From the IMG/VR virus record IMGVR_UViG_3300028364_001588: a DNA stretch of 64,000 nt. The stretch is one strand, 5' to 3'. Shown in pieces: positions 48,304 to 58,561 of this stretch (positions are counted from its first letter, which is position 1; every line of letters begins with the position of its first letter). A program made the translations under genes and the position numbers. Source of the DNA: a virus. Under the pieces are notes generated by a model that saw only the letters and a program-made list of their open reading frames with translations, searched no databases and was not told the DNA's origin.

Positions 48304-50199
48304 TTATGTTACAGAAACTGTGTTAGGTGCGCCAGAAGCCGTCCTTATGAGCACGTCTTTTGAAGGGAGTTTGATTTCAAACATAGAAATAGGTGTCCCA
48401 AAAATAGCGTTATCAATATAATCAAATCGAGTTCTAAAAGCTCCAGTGTTTGGGTCTTGAGTTCTGTCTGAAACTGCTTGCGAATGTCTTGTGCTCGAAT
48501 AATCTCCACCTTCCATATTGTAAAATCTTATGTCAACAACATTTATAATTCCAGGTATGTCTCTAAGAAAATCTGTAAGTTGCGATACGTAGATGTTTTG
48601 GTTCATTTGCCATTTTTCTACATCGAAGTATATTTTAATTTGGTTTATCGCTTGAGACTTTACCTCGCTTGCGTTAAATGTTTTATCCACAAACAAATCA
48701 ACTTCTATTTGAAGATTTATGATTTTACCATCATTAATCTCAACATAATCATTAATCATTCTAAATGGAACCATGTATCTTTGCAAGTTCGTCTTGATGA
48801 CGTTAGTAGATACATCGACAAGTTTTCCAGCACCATCTCTTGTGAGTGTATACATCTTAACCTTGTTATCTTCTACTTTTCCAAATATTCTAAATGGAGC
48901 ACCAAACTTACCTGGCATTTGAAATGCTCTGGCAACATAGTCATCCAAAGTTACGGCTCTATTTTGAGATGCGTAATTTGCTGCAATAAAACTTTTAACC
49001 TCATCAACACCTGGGAGACCTACGCCACCAATTGCTGGAACTGGGTTATTAGCTCGTGTAGAAGATAGGACACCTTGAATAAGGTTTATATTCTTTCCAA
49101 GAGATTGGCTGTTGATGTTAGAAACTTCGTTTAAAACATTAGAACCAACATTGCTTAAAGGCCCTCCTCCTGCTCTATATTTTATGAATATTGTAGAGTT
49201 TGGTGGAATCTGGACTCCAAGTGCGGTGTTGTTTAAAATAGCAGAAACATCAAGATTGTTTGAGTCAGGACATTTAACAACATTTGTTAAAGAGTCAATG
49301 TACGCCTCGTAAGCATTGTAGTCTTCAACTCCTCCACCAAAAGTAAGCACGCATGCTCCGTCAGAAAGAAACTCTTTCTCAAATCTTTTTTCTACTTCTA
49401 CATATCTACCAGTCTTTACTCCATCTACAGTGTCTGGAGTGTCATCATTAAGGAATATTTTATCTTCTGGAAGAGCGTCAACTTCGAAGTAATTTAAGTT
49501 AAAATCATTAAACTCAGAATAAGAAGGAGTTCTTTCTATTCCTAATCCGTTAAGAACTATTACAGAAACTATCTCAAGAACATTCTTGTCAGGCAATTCA
49601 ACTTGATAAAATGGTTTGGTTTGAGACGCTGGAACTTCAGCTTTGAATATTTTTGTTACTCCAGCTTTAATTTTTTCTCTTTTAATTATTCTATATCTAA
49701 TAAGGTCCTGGTTTCCGTTGAAAATAGGCTCAATAATTCTGTTGGCAATTCCGTCTTCGCTAAAATCGCTTGCAAAATTTATTTCATTAACTGTTTCAAA
49801 TATTTGACCAGCCCCTTTTACTCTCATTCCAGTTCTATATACTGGAAGATATGTAGCATCTGGACCAGTTGCTGTTGGAGGAACTTCTATGATAACGTCT
49901 GAAATACTCACTGCAGGTCTAACGCCTGGTGGTTTATATCCAAAAGTTTTAGCAAGCCTATAAACAGACCTTCTTTCGGTAACGCCATCAATAAACAATT
50001 CATTAAACTTCTTATCTGTAGCATAAGACAAAAGGTCTCCCACATAAGCGTTAAGCTCCAACATAGCCATACCTGGTGATGTTACGTTAAAATCTTGCCA
50101 TTGTTCTGGGAAAAATGTTTTAAGGTAGTTTATCAAATCCTCTCTAATGGACATGAAATCTCTACTTAAATAATTTACTGTTACAGTTTTTTGTTCCAT
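48304..50199 (-). CDS. baseplate wedge subunit (T4 gp6 / baseplate J-like)
   Basis: YLSRDF...AYVGDLLSY, YRAGGG...NV and QNRAVTLDDY. Confidence 0.85.
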   Translation of the reverse strand: MEQKTVTVNYLSRDFMSIREDLINYLKTFFPEQWQDFNVTSPGMAMLELNAYVGDLLSYATDKKFNELFIDGVTERRSVYRLAKTFGYKPPGVRPAVSISDVIIEVPPTATGPDATYLPVYRTGMRVKGAGQIFETVNEINFASDFSEDGIANRIIEPIFNGNQDLIRYRIIKREKIKAGVTKIFKAEVPASQTKPFYQVELPDKNVLEIVSVIVLNGLGIERTPSYSEFNDFNLNYFEVDALPEDKIFLNDDTPDTVDGVKTGRYVEVEKRFEKEFLSDGACVLTFGGGVEDYNAYEAYIDSLTNVVKCPDSNNLDVSAILNNTALGVQIPPNSTIFIKYRAGGGPLSNVGSNVLNEVSNINSQSLGKNINLIQGVLSSTRANNPVPAIGGVGLPGVDEVKSFIAANYASQNRAVTLDDYVARAFQMPGKFGAPFRIFGKVEDNKVKMYTLTRDGAGKLVDVSTNVIKTNLQRYMVPFRMINDYVEINDGKIINLQIEVDLFVDKTFNASEVKSQAINQIKIYFDVEKWQMNQNIYVSQLTDFLRDIPGIINVVDIRFYNMEGGDYSSTRHSQAVSDRTQDPNTGAFRTRFDYIDNAIFGTPISMFEIKLPSKDVLIRTASGAPNTVSVT

Positions 50200-50209
50200 T
50201 TTCTATATT

Positions 50210-50623
50210 TTATTCATGAGAGTGTTCGTCTGCTCCAGATGAACCTGGGTCTACTGGTATAACAACACTTACTTCGTCTACTATTTCACCAAGGTCACGA
50301 GCTTTATAAACAACTTTAACCTCAAGCAAGTTTTCTCCCTCAATAAAATTAAATTTAATCTCTGAAACTTCTACCTCTGGTATAAACACGCCTATTTTTT
50401 CAATAAGCTCACCTTTTAATTTTGCTGCAGATATGTCATCCCAAAGCTCAAATATGTAATCCCACAAAGGAGAATACAACTGACTTCTCATAACTCTATT
50501 TCTTCTCTTTGTTGTGAGTAAAGAAATTAAGTTCGTCTGAATAGCTTCAAGTGATGTCACGTTCGACATGAACACGCCACCCTCTGTTGTTTCTTGAAAT
50601 GGGAATCTAATGCTAATAGGCAT
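50210..50623 (-). CDS. baseplate wedge subunit (T4 gp25-like)
   Basis: IRFPF...NLISLLTT...RVM...DYIFE. Confidence 0.8.
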   Translation of the reverse strand: MPISIRFPFQETTEGGVFMSNVTSLEAIQTNLISLLTTKRRNRVMRSQLYSPLWDYIFELWDDISAAKLKGELIEKIGVFIPEVEVSEIKFNFIEGENLLEVKVVYKARDLGEIVDEVSVVIPVDPGSSGADEHSHE

Positions 50624-50721
50624 AGTATAGTTTGTTTTTAATATAAATATGCCAACAAAAAAAATAAAGAGTTACAGAGTCTATAAAAAAGAATTAATGA
50701 ATATTTATAAGAAAATACTTT

Positions 50722-52155
50722 ATGGGAGTTTTCAGAATATATCCAAGCAAATCAAATACAATGGCCAGTAATCTATATCAGATATTCAATTCTGGTCAAA
50801 ATGCTGTTACAGATTTGTGGTATGGAGGAGGTGGTACAGACACCGCTTCAGATAGAAGAAATTCTATAAGTAGATTTATTGTAAAATTTGATATTGACGA
50901 ATTAGCGAGAAAGATTAATTCTAAAGAAATTAACGGAGACCTCGTGTCTTCATATAGGTTAAAAATGACCAATGCAATACCAGGAGATAAAATACTTGAA
51001 CCTGAGTATGAGTTTGATGTTCTTGATAAAAGGATTTCAGCATCATATGACCTTATAACTTTTCCAATAAACAAAGATTGGGACGAAGGAAGAGGGTATG
51101 ACCTTTACCAAGAAAACTATCTTGTAAGACAAAATGGAAACCCTATCATAACTGGGTACTCTAACTGGAATTCTGCTACTATGGTAAATTCATGGGATGA
51201 GCCAGGCGTTTTTTCAAATCCTACAGCTTCAACTGCAGTAACTTCTTATTCTACACAACATTTTGACATAGGCAATGAAGATATTGATATGGATATTACT
51301 GACATTGTAAAAGACTGGTTAAGCGGTGGCTCTGTTAACAATGGTGTTGGAGTTGCATATAGAAGAGATTATGAACTACTAAGTACTGACACGAGATATA
51401 TTGCCTCATTTTATACTGAGAAAACAAACTCAGCATTCAAACCATACATAGAAGTTGTTTATAATCAATCATTTCAAGATGATAGAATGCAAGTTACTAA
51501 CAATAGAACTTCAAGATTATTTCTTTACACTTTTAGTGGAAATAGTGCAGTAAACTATTTCTCTGCTGGAACTGTGGATATTCAGACAATGAATGGAGCG
51601 CCAGTAATAACAGGAATTACTCCTACCCAACAGGAAAACGGTGTTTACTATGTTGATGTACTTATGAATTCAGCCACTCGTGGTCAACAATATAAAGATA
51701 TTTGGAAAGGTGTTACTTTTGTTCCAGGTATTGACCAACAAGATATTACTCAAATCTTCACAATAAAAGATAATTATTATTTGAATAATGTGCCTCAAGT
51801 AAATGATTACTCAATATCTGTTTATGGAATTGGGGATAACTCCATACTTTCGATTGGAGAGACGCACAAAGTGTTTGTGGACCTAAGAGTTAACTACAGC
51901 AGTAGAAATCAACCTAAGACAGCTTATGACCTTAAATACAGAATGGTAATGAACAACCAAGATGAGGTTATTCCTTGGACTTCTGTAAATCAAGCGGTGA
52001 TAAACAAGTGTCCTAATAATTATTTCGTTCTGGAAACTGGGTGGCTATTACACAATCAAACCTATACTATTCAATATAGAATAGATGAGTTTGGAACCAA
52101 GAGAGTAATGCCTGAATCTACTACTTTTAGAGTACTAAGGTCTGATGGTTTTTAA
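50722..52155 (+). CDS. virion protein with DNRLRE-like domain
   Basis: SRFIVKFD, WDEGRG and DITDIVKDW...NNG...PYIEVVY; TATTTATA at 50702-50709. Confidence 0.6.
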   Translation: MGVFRIYPSKSNTMASNLYQIFNSGQNAVTDLWYGGGGTDTASDRRNSISRFIVKFDIDELARKINSKEINGDLVSSYRLKMTNAIPGDKILEPEYEFDVLDKRISASYDLITFPINKDWDEGRGYDLYQENYLVRQNGNPIITGYSNWNSATMVNSWDEPGVFSNPTASTAVTSYSTQHFDIGNEDIDMDITDIVKDWLSGGSVNNGVGVAYRRDYELLSTDTRYIASFYTEKTNSAFKPYIEVVYNQSFQDDRMQVTNNRTSRLFLYTFSGNSAVNYFSAGTVDIQTMNGAPVITGITPTQQENGVYYVDVLMNSATRGQQYKDIWKGVTFVPGIDQQDITQIFTIKDNYYLNNVPQVNDYSISVYGIGDNSILSIGETHKVFVDLRVNYSSRNQPKTAYDLKYRMVMNNQDEVIPWTSVNQAVINKCPNNYFVLETGWLLHNQTYTIQYRIDEFGTKRVMPESTTFRVLRSDGF

Positions 52156-52618
52156 TAGCATCCTGAAGGATGTCTATAGCTTCGATTGTGGCAAGGTAAA
52201 TATTTCTACTCCTACTATCATTTAACTCAAGTCTTTTAACTACTGTTTCGCTCGGAGTTGAAACTGCTATGAATATTGTACCTGGAGGATTTTCCTCTGT
52301 ACCATAACCTTTTGGGTCAGCATATCCAGTTGTGGCAATTGAATAGTCGGTATTCATGACCTCTTTTGCTCTTTCTGCCATTCTTCTGACAACTTGGTCG
52401 CTGACTTCTGTGTGCTCTTCGATTAATTCTTTCTCTACGCCAAGAACATTCATCTTAGCCTCATTGCTGTAAACAACTAATGAGCCTTCAAAATAGTCTG
52501 AGCTACCAGGGATTGATGTTAATAAACTACTAATGTAGCCTGCTGTACAGCTTTCTGCTGTTGAGATTCTACTTCCTGAATCTTTAAGGCTATCTCCAAT
52601 TTCTCTTATTAACTGCAT
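52127..52618 (-). CDS. pncC: CinA C-terminal domain / NMN deamidase (PncC)
   Basis: STAESCTAG, PGSSDYF, YSNEAK, VS...MA and TTGYADP. Confidence 0.85.
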   Translation of the reverse strand: MQLIREIGDSLKDSGSRISTAESCTAGYISSLLTSIPGSSDYFEGSLVVYSNEAKMNVLGVEKELIEEHTEVSDQVVRRMAERAKEVMNTDYSIATTGYADPKGYGTEENPPGTIFIAVSTPSETVVKRLELNDSRSRNIYLATIEAIDILQDAIKNHQTLVL

Positions 52619-52622
52619 AGTA

Positions 52623-52859
52623 TCACTTTGGTTTGTATCCGTTTTCTTTTAATTCTTCATTAGAAGGGAATCCTAATTCTGCACCGCAGCATTCACAAAC
52701 TCTTCTTAATTGTGATGACCCAGGTTCTGGGTTTGTGTTTTTAATATTAACTATCTCATGCTTGCATGCACTCCTTAGCTCTTTTAGTTCTTCCTCTGAA
52801 TTTTTAATTTCATTGGTAAGTTCGTTTTTTCTTTTTTTAATATATTCACTATCTTCCAT
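52623..52859 (-). CDS. small Zn-ribbon protein
   Basis: CKH...CECCG; TATATTTG host-type promoter at 52907-52914. Confidence 0.65.
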   Translation of the reverse strand: MEDSEYIKKRKNELTNEIKNSEEELKELRSACKHEIVNIKNTNPEPGSSQLRRVCECCGAELGFPSNEELKENGYKPK

Positions 52860-52939
52860 TAAGATAAATTTCGTTCAACTTTCTCTCTCACAAATCTCTT
52901 CTATTACAAATATATGCAAAATTTACAATATTCTAAAGT

Positions 52940-53911
52940 TTAATTAATCCTAACGTGATTTGAAAGTATTCTCTGAAGGTCTCCTTCTACAGTATATGCA
53001 GATAGTTCATCTGACTCTGGAGATGGGACCAATGGCAACTGAGGCGTGTGTATATGGTTTAGCAAAACCCTAACTATAAGGTCAAGTAATTTTACTAACT
53101 CATCACCAAAAACTGAAGGATGCAATGCATTTGCTGTGTCTCCAAAAGACTTAAGGTCTTCACTGATTTCAAATCCAGAAATCCCCGCATCTCTGAATTT
53201 ACCTAAAATAGAATAGATATTTATATTTGAAGTTGTTAAGTTAGCTTGAGAATATTTTTGAAGCAGTTTTTCTCCATCCTCGTTTTCTTCTGGGTTTTCT
53301 TTTTGAATTAGCTGAAAGTTTGCAGGATTGTCGATATTTACTTCTGTAGTTCCTTTTTTGAATTTACCAGCCACCATAAACACCTCTCTTGGTCTCAATA
53401 TTAAATCAGCATCTGTACGACCTTGTAGGGCTATGTCTCCAATTCTTGGAAATACTTGAGTAGAACCAACGGTTGAGTCTGGGTTCTTATTTAGATTGAA
53501 GTCTGTATATTTGAATACTTGGTTAGCTTCTTTATAGTCTTGAAACTTTAATTTGAATGGGTTGTTTATTTGAGAACCTATGTAATATCTTGGTGCTGAA
53601 TTATCAGCAGGGTTTTCAAGTATAATATAAATCATTTCATCCACAAGTGGAACTATGTGAAAATGAGAAGGTATCATTGGAACACAGAAAGGAAGAGACT
53701 CTGTAGGTGTGTCCCTATCTCTTCCGCCACTTATATTTCCATTATCATCAAGAGAAATTATACGAGCAACAACTCTTTTCATACCCAATGGGTCTTCATT
53801 GTTTGTTACAATAGCTGGGTATACCAACCTTGCCGTTTGATTCCCTGATGAAACCACTCCTCCAGATTGGCCTTGGCCTTGTAAAATTGAGTCTGCTAAC
53901 TTGTTTGACAT
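52940..53911 (-). CDS. baseplate hub/spike protein (gp5/VgrG OB-fold)
   Basis: IVTNNEDPLGMKRVVARI...VPLVDE...YYIG; C-terminal HIH metal-binding tip. Confidence 0.75.
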   Translation of the reverse strand: MSNKLADSILQGQGQSGGVVSSGNQTARLVYPAIVTNNEDPLGMKRVVARIISLDDNGNISGGRDRDTPTESLPFCVPMIPSHFHIVPLVDEMIYIILENPADNSAPRYYIGSQINNPFKLKFQDYKEANQVFKYTDFNLNKNPDSTVGSTQVFPRIGDIALQGRTDADLILRPREVFMVAGKFKKGTTEVNIDNPANFQLIQKENPEENEDGEKLLQKYSQANLTTSNINIYSILGKFRDAGISGFEISEDLKSFGDTANALHPSVFGDELVKLLDLIVRVLLNHIHTPQLPLVPSPESDELSAYTVEGDLQRILSNHVRIN

Positions 53912-53912
53912 A

Positions 53913-54152
53913 TTATCCTTTTATTTTTTTATTTACTTTCTCTTGCTCTAACTCAATCTCTTCATACTCAGCAAAAAGAGTTTCAATAATAGCCATACCA
54001 CTAAGATGCTCTCTTGATACACCTTCTTTTATTGCCTTAGCATCAAGGTCATCAAGAGCTGTTTCAATCACCTTTTTTTTCTCACTGAGTTTATCTGCAA
54101 GATTTTGTGATTCAAGCATTAATTCGTCTCTATTTTTTTTCTTATCTTCCAT
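53913..54152 (-). CDS. small coiled-coil protein
   Basis: 79-aa coupled ORF. Confidence 0.6.
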   Translation of the reverse strand: MEDKKKNRDELMLESQNLADKLSEKKKVIETALDDLDAKAIKEGVSREHLSGMAIIETLFAEYEEIELEQEKVNKKIKG

Positions 54153-54568
54153 TAGCTTGCTATTCCTACGCCAGTATGCGGCACAACTGTTGCCCCAACG
54201 GCAACAACTGGGCCTCCAGCGTTTGCTCCAGAAGCTTGAACTGTTGCTCCAGCATCTGATGCGATGTCTACTCTCATGTCTGTTTGAATTGCTGTTACAA
54301 ATTCTTCTACAAATATTTTTACAAAATTTTCCATAACATTTGGAGTGCCACCGATAAGTGGGCCAGTCGGTATTCCAGCTTCTTCAAACCTGGAAGTTAT
54401 GGATGCTGTTAAAATCTCAGAACTTAATCCAGGTCTTGTCTTAGCAAGAAGTATTTGTTGAATACTTGGTTTTGGTATTGGAATTCTATCCTCTTTTAAT
54501 AAAAAGAGAAGAAAATCCGCCACTTCTTCCGATACTTGTAATTCTGAGTCTATTGGTATTATTGCCAT
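54152..54568 (-). CDS. structural-cluster hypothetical protein
   Basis: RPGLS...AGIPTGP...GANAGGPV. Confidence 0.65.
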   Translation of the reverse strand: MAIIPIDSELQVSEEVADFLLFLLKEDRIPIPKPSIQQILLAKTRPGLSSEILTASITSRFEEAGIPTGPLIGGTPNVMENFVKIFVEEFVTAIQTDMRVDIASDAGATVQASGANAGGPVVAVGATVVPHTGVGIAS

Positions 54569-54579
54569 GTTATTATTTT

Positions 54580-55857
54580 TTATGCTTCTATACTTCCGAG
54601 TATTCCAACAAGAGATGATGCTGCGGCTGCATATTTCTGAGCCTTACTCGCCAATTCTGCAGCTTGACCAAGCTTGTTGAATATTTCGAATTTCTGTTTA
54701 ATTTTTTCTGCTTTTCTTTTTTGCTTTTCTATCGCAGTCTTCGCAAAGTAATTAGCAACAAGTTTCTTAAACTCTTTTACAGCAAACACGAGAAGCATTC
54801 TAAGAAGCTCCTTAAGAAGTGCGTTGGCAAGACTTTTTAAGAATGACTGTTGTTCTACTGCTGCTGGTCCGTCAGCTGAATTCATAATTTCACAATTGCT
54901 ATATGCAATGTTTGTGTTATCTATTCCTGCAGCAGCTGGGTCTCCAGATATTGCTGAAAATATTGGACCTAAAAAAGGAAACAACAAAGAAGAGATGTAG
55001 TTAAGAAGCTTTTGAATCAGGATTTGAAAGAAACTTTTTCCTATTGAGTTAGAATTTTCTTCGTTGTTAATTCTTTGTCCAGAATTTTTTACATGCTGAA
55101 CCAATATTCCAAGACTTTGAGATGGCGTTGGAGGCAATGTTGCACTACTTGTAAATTGGCCGCCTTCACCAAAGATATATCCAGGGTCTTCAGGAAGTTT
55201 AATTTTTATTTGCTGACAACTAACTTCAAATACAACTTCTCCTTTCTCAAGTTGTTGCTTTAACTTTACTCTATTGAATTCGACATCTTCTTGAAGTACG
55301 ATTGGGTCACTTGATACACTAAATAGATTTTGACCACAAATAGCGTCCTCAACAAGTCTGTTTATTTCTGTAGCATCTGGGTTAAGCGCATTAGCTGCGT
55401 CTCCCTTTCCAAAAATCATTATAGTAAGATTCTTAGCTATAAGTTGTTTTAAGGCTTGTAAGAACGTAGGAGGTATCAATCCAGCAAGATATGCTCTGTT
55501 TGCAGTTTTATAATCTTCTTTTTGAGCTTGTGTTGCTGATGGATTAATTGTGTTTGGCAACTGCCTTCCTTTTTCTCCAATAGAATCCGCTACTGCATTA
55601 AGAACTTTTTCTTCTAAGAACGTTCCAGCTTCATCAAATACTTTATCTAAAAAAACATTAAAGATTAAATCTGGGTCAATACCAAGAGCTTTTAACACTT
55701 TCATTAGATAGTCAAATACTGATATTTGTTTATCTTTTGGGATGTTAAAATTTATGTCTATATCCGAAGATAATAAACTCTTCATTGAGCCTATTTTTGA
55801 TGTTAGCTCATTTTGTGCCTCTGTAAGAGGGGATGATATTGGAACCTGTAAAGCCAT
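54580..55857 (-). CDS. helical structural-cluster hypothetical protein
   Basis: 425-aa ORF. Confidence 0.7.
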   Translation of the reverse strand: MALQVPISSPLTEAQNELTSKIGSMKSLLSSDIDINFNIPKDKQISVFDYLMKVLKALGIDPDLIFNVFLDKVFDEAGTFLEEKVLNAVADSIGEKGRQLPNTINPSATQAQKEDYKTANRAYLAGLIPPTFLQALKQLIAKNLTIMIFGKGDAANALNPDATEINRLVEDAICGQNLFSVSSDPIVLQEDVEFNRVKLKQQLEKGEVVFEVSCQQIKIKLPEDPGYIFGEGGQFTSSATLPPTPSQSLGILVQHVKNSGQRINNEENSNSIGKSFFQILIQKLLNYISSLLFPFLGPIFSAISGDPAAAGIDNTNIAYSNCEIMNSADGPAAVEQQSFLKSLANALLKELLRMLLVFAVKEFKKLVANYFAKTAIEKQKRKAEKIKQKFEIFNKLGQAAELASKAQKYAAAASSLVGILGSIEA

Positions 55858-56297
55858 TAGTCGTAATCTTCGTCTGCGCCTTTGTTATCGCTTAAGTTTT
55901 CGTCCTTAAGCCTCTTAGCTTCTGCTGCCGCTTCTCTTTTAGCTTTTTCTTCAGCCCTCATTGCGTCAATGATTAACTTTTTGTCTGAATCATTAAAAGA
56001 AGCTGCTCCTCCAGATGCTTCGTCTTCTTTATAGACTATGCCCTTGATTTCTTTGGCCAGTTTTTCAATTCCATCAGACGAGTCAGCTGCTTGCTTTAAA
56101 AAAGCAATCGCATTCTTTCCCATAAGAATAAAGCTTTCTGCTGTATCCATTTGCTCGTCAGACCTTCTATATCTATCCAGAGCCATTTCTCTTTCCTCCA
56201 ACTTATACTTATAAACCTCTGACATAAGAGATTCGTATAGTTCTCTTGTTGGGTTCATGCTTTTTTTAGTAGAGTCGTCATTTGTGTTATCTTCCAT
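55857..56297 (-). CDS. hypothetical protein (late)
   Basis: 146-aa ORF; TATTTATA at 56320-56327. Confidence 0.65.
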   Translation of the reverse strand: MEDNTNDDSTKKSMNPTRELYESLMSEVYKYKLEEREMALDRYRRSDEQMDTAESFILMGKNAIAFLKQAADSSDGIEKLAKEIKGIVYKEDEASGGAASFNDSDKKLIIDAMRAEEKAKREAAAEAKRLKDENLSDNKGADEDYD

Positions 56298-56332
56298 GAT
56301 AATTGTTTGTTTGTTTAATTATAAATAGAAAG

Positions 56333-56710
56333 TCAAAAAAAATCTATGAAAAATCGAGTAAGAAGTCTTTTTTTTATAGAAATATACATGTCTCTAAATT
56401 TAGAAATAGATACTTGAAATTCTCCGTCTGACAATCCACCATAGTCTTTAAGATAATCAGAAACCCCTTTGTATGTCCAAACGACAGAGCCTTCAATCAA
56501 ATCAAAACTTGACATAAACTCTATTATAGAAAAACAAAGAGAGATGTCTGCATCCTGTTTTGCAGGAATCTCAAACACCTCTCTTTCTAATGTGTCTAAT
56601 AAAAAATGATAAAATTGAATACAATTGTTATCATTAACGCCTATGCTGTCATCATGAAAAAGAACTTCGAGTATTATAAACAACACTTCTTTTTTGATGT
56701 CTGTTTCCAT
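56333..56710 (-). CDS. hypothetical protein
   Basis: 125-aa ORF. Confidence 0.6.
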   Translation of the reverse strand: METDIKKEVLFIILEVLFHDDSIGVNDNNCIQFYHFLLDTLEREVFEIPAKQDADISLCFSIIEFMSSFDLIEGSVVWTYKGVSDYLKDYGGLSDGEFQVSISKFRDMYISIKKRLLTRFFIDFF

Positions 56711-56715
56711 GATTT

Positions 56716-57633
56716 CTATTCTGAAAAAAAGAACATGTCATCATCGTGACCAAAATACTTATCCTTGTGCTTTTTAACAAACTCCTGCTTTTTAAGTCTA
56801 TAAAGAATTTTGAATCTGTGGAGAGAATATGTAATATCCTTTGTCTCAAGATTAGTATGTTCTTTTATTAGTTTATAAATAGCACTCTTTGAGTATACGC
56901 CCATTAATTCATGACTTCTAAATATGTCCACAATAGCCTCAGCTACTTTAGCGTCATTTTTAGATATGTCAGTCTTATCTATTACTTCTTCAAAGATTTC
57001 TGTAATATAGTTAAACAGAGCCATAGAGCTATCTAATTCGGATTCTTCATCAATTTCAAATTGACTCAACTCTTCCACTTCCTCACTATGGCTTTCATAG
57101 TCAAGAATAGATTTAGTCTCTTTATCCACTTCCTTCTTTTTGTTTTGAAGGTAGTGTTTGGCTACGGTTCCATAAAAAGAAAAAGATTTAGTATTCTGGT
57201 CTGGGTCAAAGTTGCAAAACTTCTCCAAAACGAAAGACATGCAATCGTTATGAAGAGTTTTAACATCAACTCCAGCTCTAAATAATTTAAAGCTGAAAAT
57301 TATATTTTCGACCAACCTCGTTAGTGGCGTATAGATGCTGTCTCTGAAAACCTTTTCTTTCAAAGCAATGATTTCACGTCTACTTGTGTGTTCAACCATT
57401 GATTCGTTGATTAAGATAAAGTCTTCATCAATACTTAGCTCTTTTTTCTTTCCTTTACTTTTCTCAACCTCTTCTTTGTGTTTATCAATTTTGTATTGAT
57501 AATAGTTAAAGTCGTTTTTCAAGTACTCCTTGACTGCATCTTCAGTCTCTTTAGTCCAATATTCCTTCTTTCTCTTTTTAGCTACCTTTATAGTCTTTAG
57601 AGTGTCTTTATACTTTTTCTGGTTGCTGTCCAT
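56716..57633 (-). CDS. phage late sigma factor (T4 gp55-like)
   Basis: YWTKETEDAV...LVENII...NFDPDQNTKSFSFYGTVAKHYL resembles sigma region 2; ATG at 57633 preferred over 57732. Confidence 0.6.
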   Translation of the reverse strand: MDSNQKKYKDTLKTIKVAKKRKKEYWTKETEDAVKEYLKNDFNYYQYKIDKHKEEVEKSKGKKKELSIDEDFILINESMVEHTSRREIIALKEKVFRDSIYTPLTRLVENIIFSFKLFRAGVDVKTLHNDCMSFVLEKFCNFDPDQNTKSFSFYGTVAKHYLQNKKKEVDKETKSILDYESHSEEVEELSQFEIDEESELDSSMALFNYITEIFEEVIDKTDISKNDAKVAEAIVDIFRSHELMGVYSKSAIYKLIKEHTNLETKDITYSLHRFKILYRLKKQEFVKKHKDKYFGHDDDMFFFSE

Positions 57634-58561
57634 ATGACTTGTTTCTATCTTCGTCAAAGAAGTATTCTTTTTTGGCAAGGTCCATCCAGAACCCCATTTC
57701 TGCTGGAGAAACGCCTCCTTTGTCTGGTTCAATTGTTGTAACGTTTCCTGGAATTTTAGAAGATGAATGATTAAACTCTTGAGAATTTCTCACTCTAAAT
57801 TCGTAACCAATTCTTGGAACCGTCATCATTTTTACATCATTATAAATCATTCTTAAAAAGAACTCATAATAGTGACTTACTTTAACACTTTCCTTCATTG
57901 GTAAAAATCTACCATCTTTCTCTTCGCTGTATTCTTCAAGCTCACTTACTCTATAAAGGCCTCCAAGTGGATTAGCACAGTTATATCTTAAAAGTAGGTT
58001 CATATCAAACTTACCTGCTTCTTCAGCAATACCTTCTGCCCAACACGCTTCATTCATTAATCCTGAAAGAGCTCCGTTTTGCCAGTTTTTAACCATTGGC
58101 AAGAAAAAACCTATTTCTTCGTTTTCATTCATAAAAGCATTGGCAATATTATACCAATTTGCTCCTACTGCGTCTCCAGACTCTATAATAGAGAATGCTT
58201 CATAGTCGTTTTCAAGAGCTAAGTTGAATATGTCATTAAACACTTTTGGAAAGCTACTTACAGATGCTTTTACAACACTTAAGTTTACGCTTTTCTCAGC
58301 TTTTATTACTTCTTCTACAGGCTCTTCTCCTTCTTGGTGTGTTTTCACCATTCTTACTTCAGCTTCTTTTGCTGTTTTAGCAAGAATTTCTACTTCTTTA
58401 TCAGACAATCCAGCATCCAACACAACAACATCAACTGCGTGAGTTTGCGAAGCCAGTCCGAAAAACAATTCGTTTAACTGACCTTCGTGGTTGATTTTGT
58501 CCAAGTATAACCCTACAAGTATATTACTGCTTGAGGCTTTCAAGTTCTTTGATTCTTTCAT
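57608..58561 (-). CDS. glycosyltransferase family 2-like (GT-A, divergent)
   Basis: VVVLD, FNLALE...FSIIESGD and YEFFLRM...VPRIGY. Confidence 0.6.
   Translation of the reverse strand: MKESKNLKASSSNILVGLYLDKINHEGQLNELFFGLASQTHAVDVVVLDAGLSDKEVEILAKTAKEAEVRMVKTHQEGEEPVEEVIKAEKSVNLSVVKASVSSFPKVFNDIFNLALENDYEAFSIIESGDAVGANWYNIANAFMNENEEIGFFLPMVKNWQNGALSGLMNEACWAEGIAEEAGKFDMNLLLRYNCANPLGGLYRVSELEEYSEEKDGRFLPMKESVKVSHYYEFFLRMIYNDVKMMTVPRIGYEFRVRNSQEFNHSSSKIPGNVTTIEPDKGGVSPAEMGFWMDLAKKEYFFDEDRNKSYGQQPEKV

Noticed and set aside
48304-53911. Bacterial T6SS or extracellular contractile injection system
   Set aside because: The gp6/gp25/gp5-like genes sit among phage replication, lysis and late-sigma genes, with no bacterial housekeeping context.
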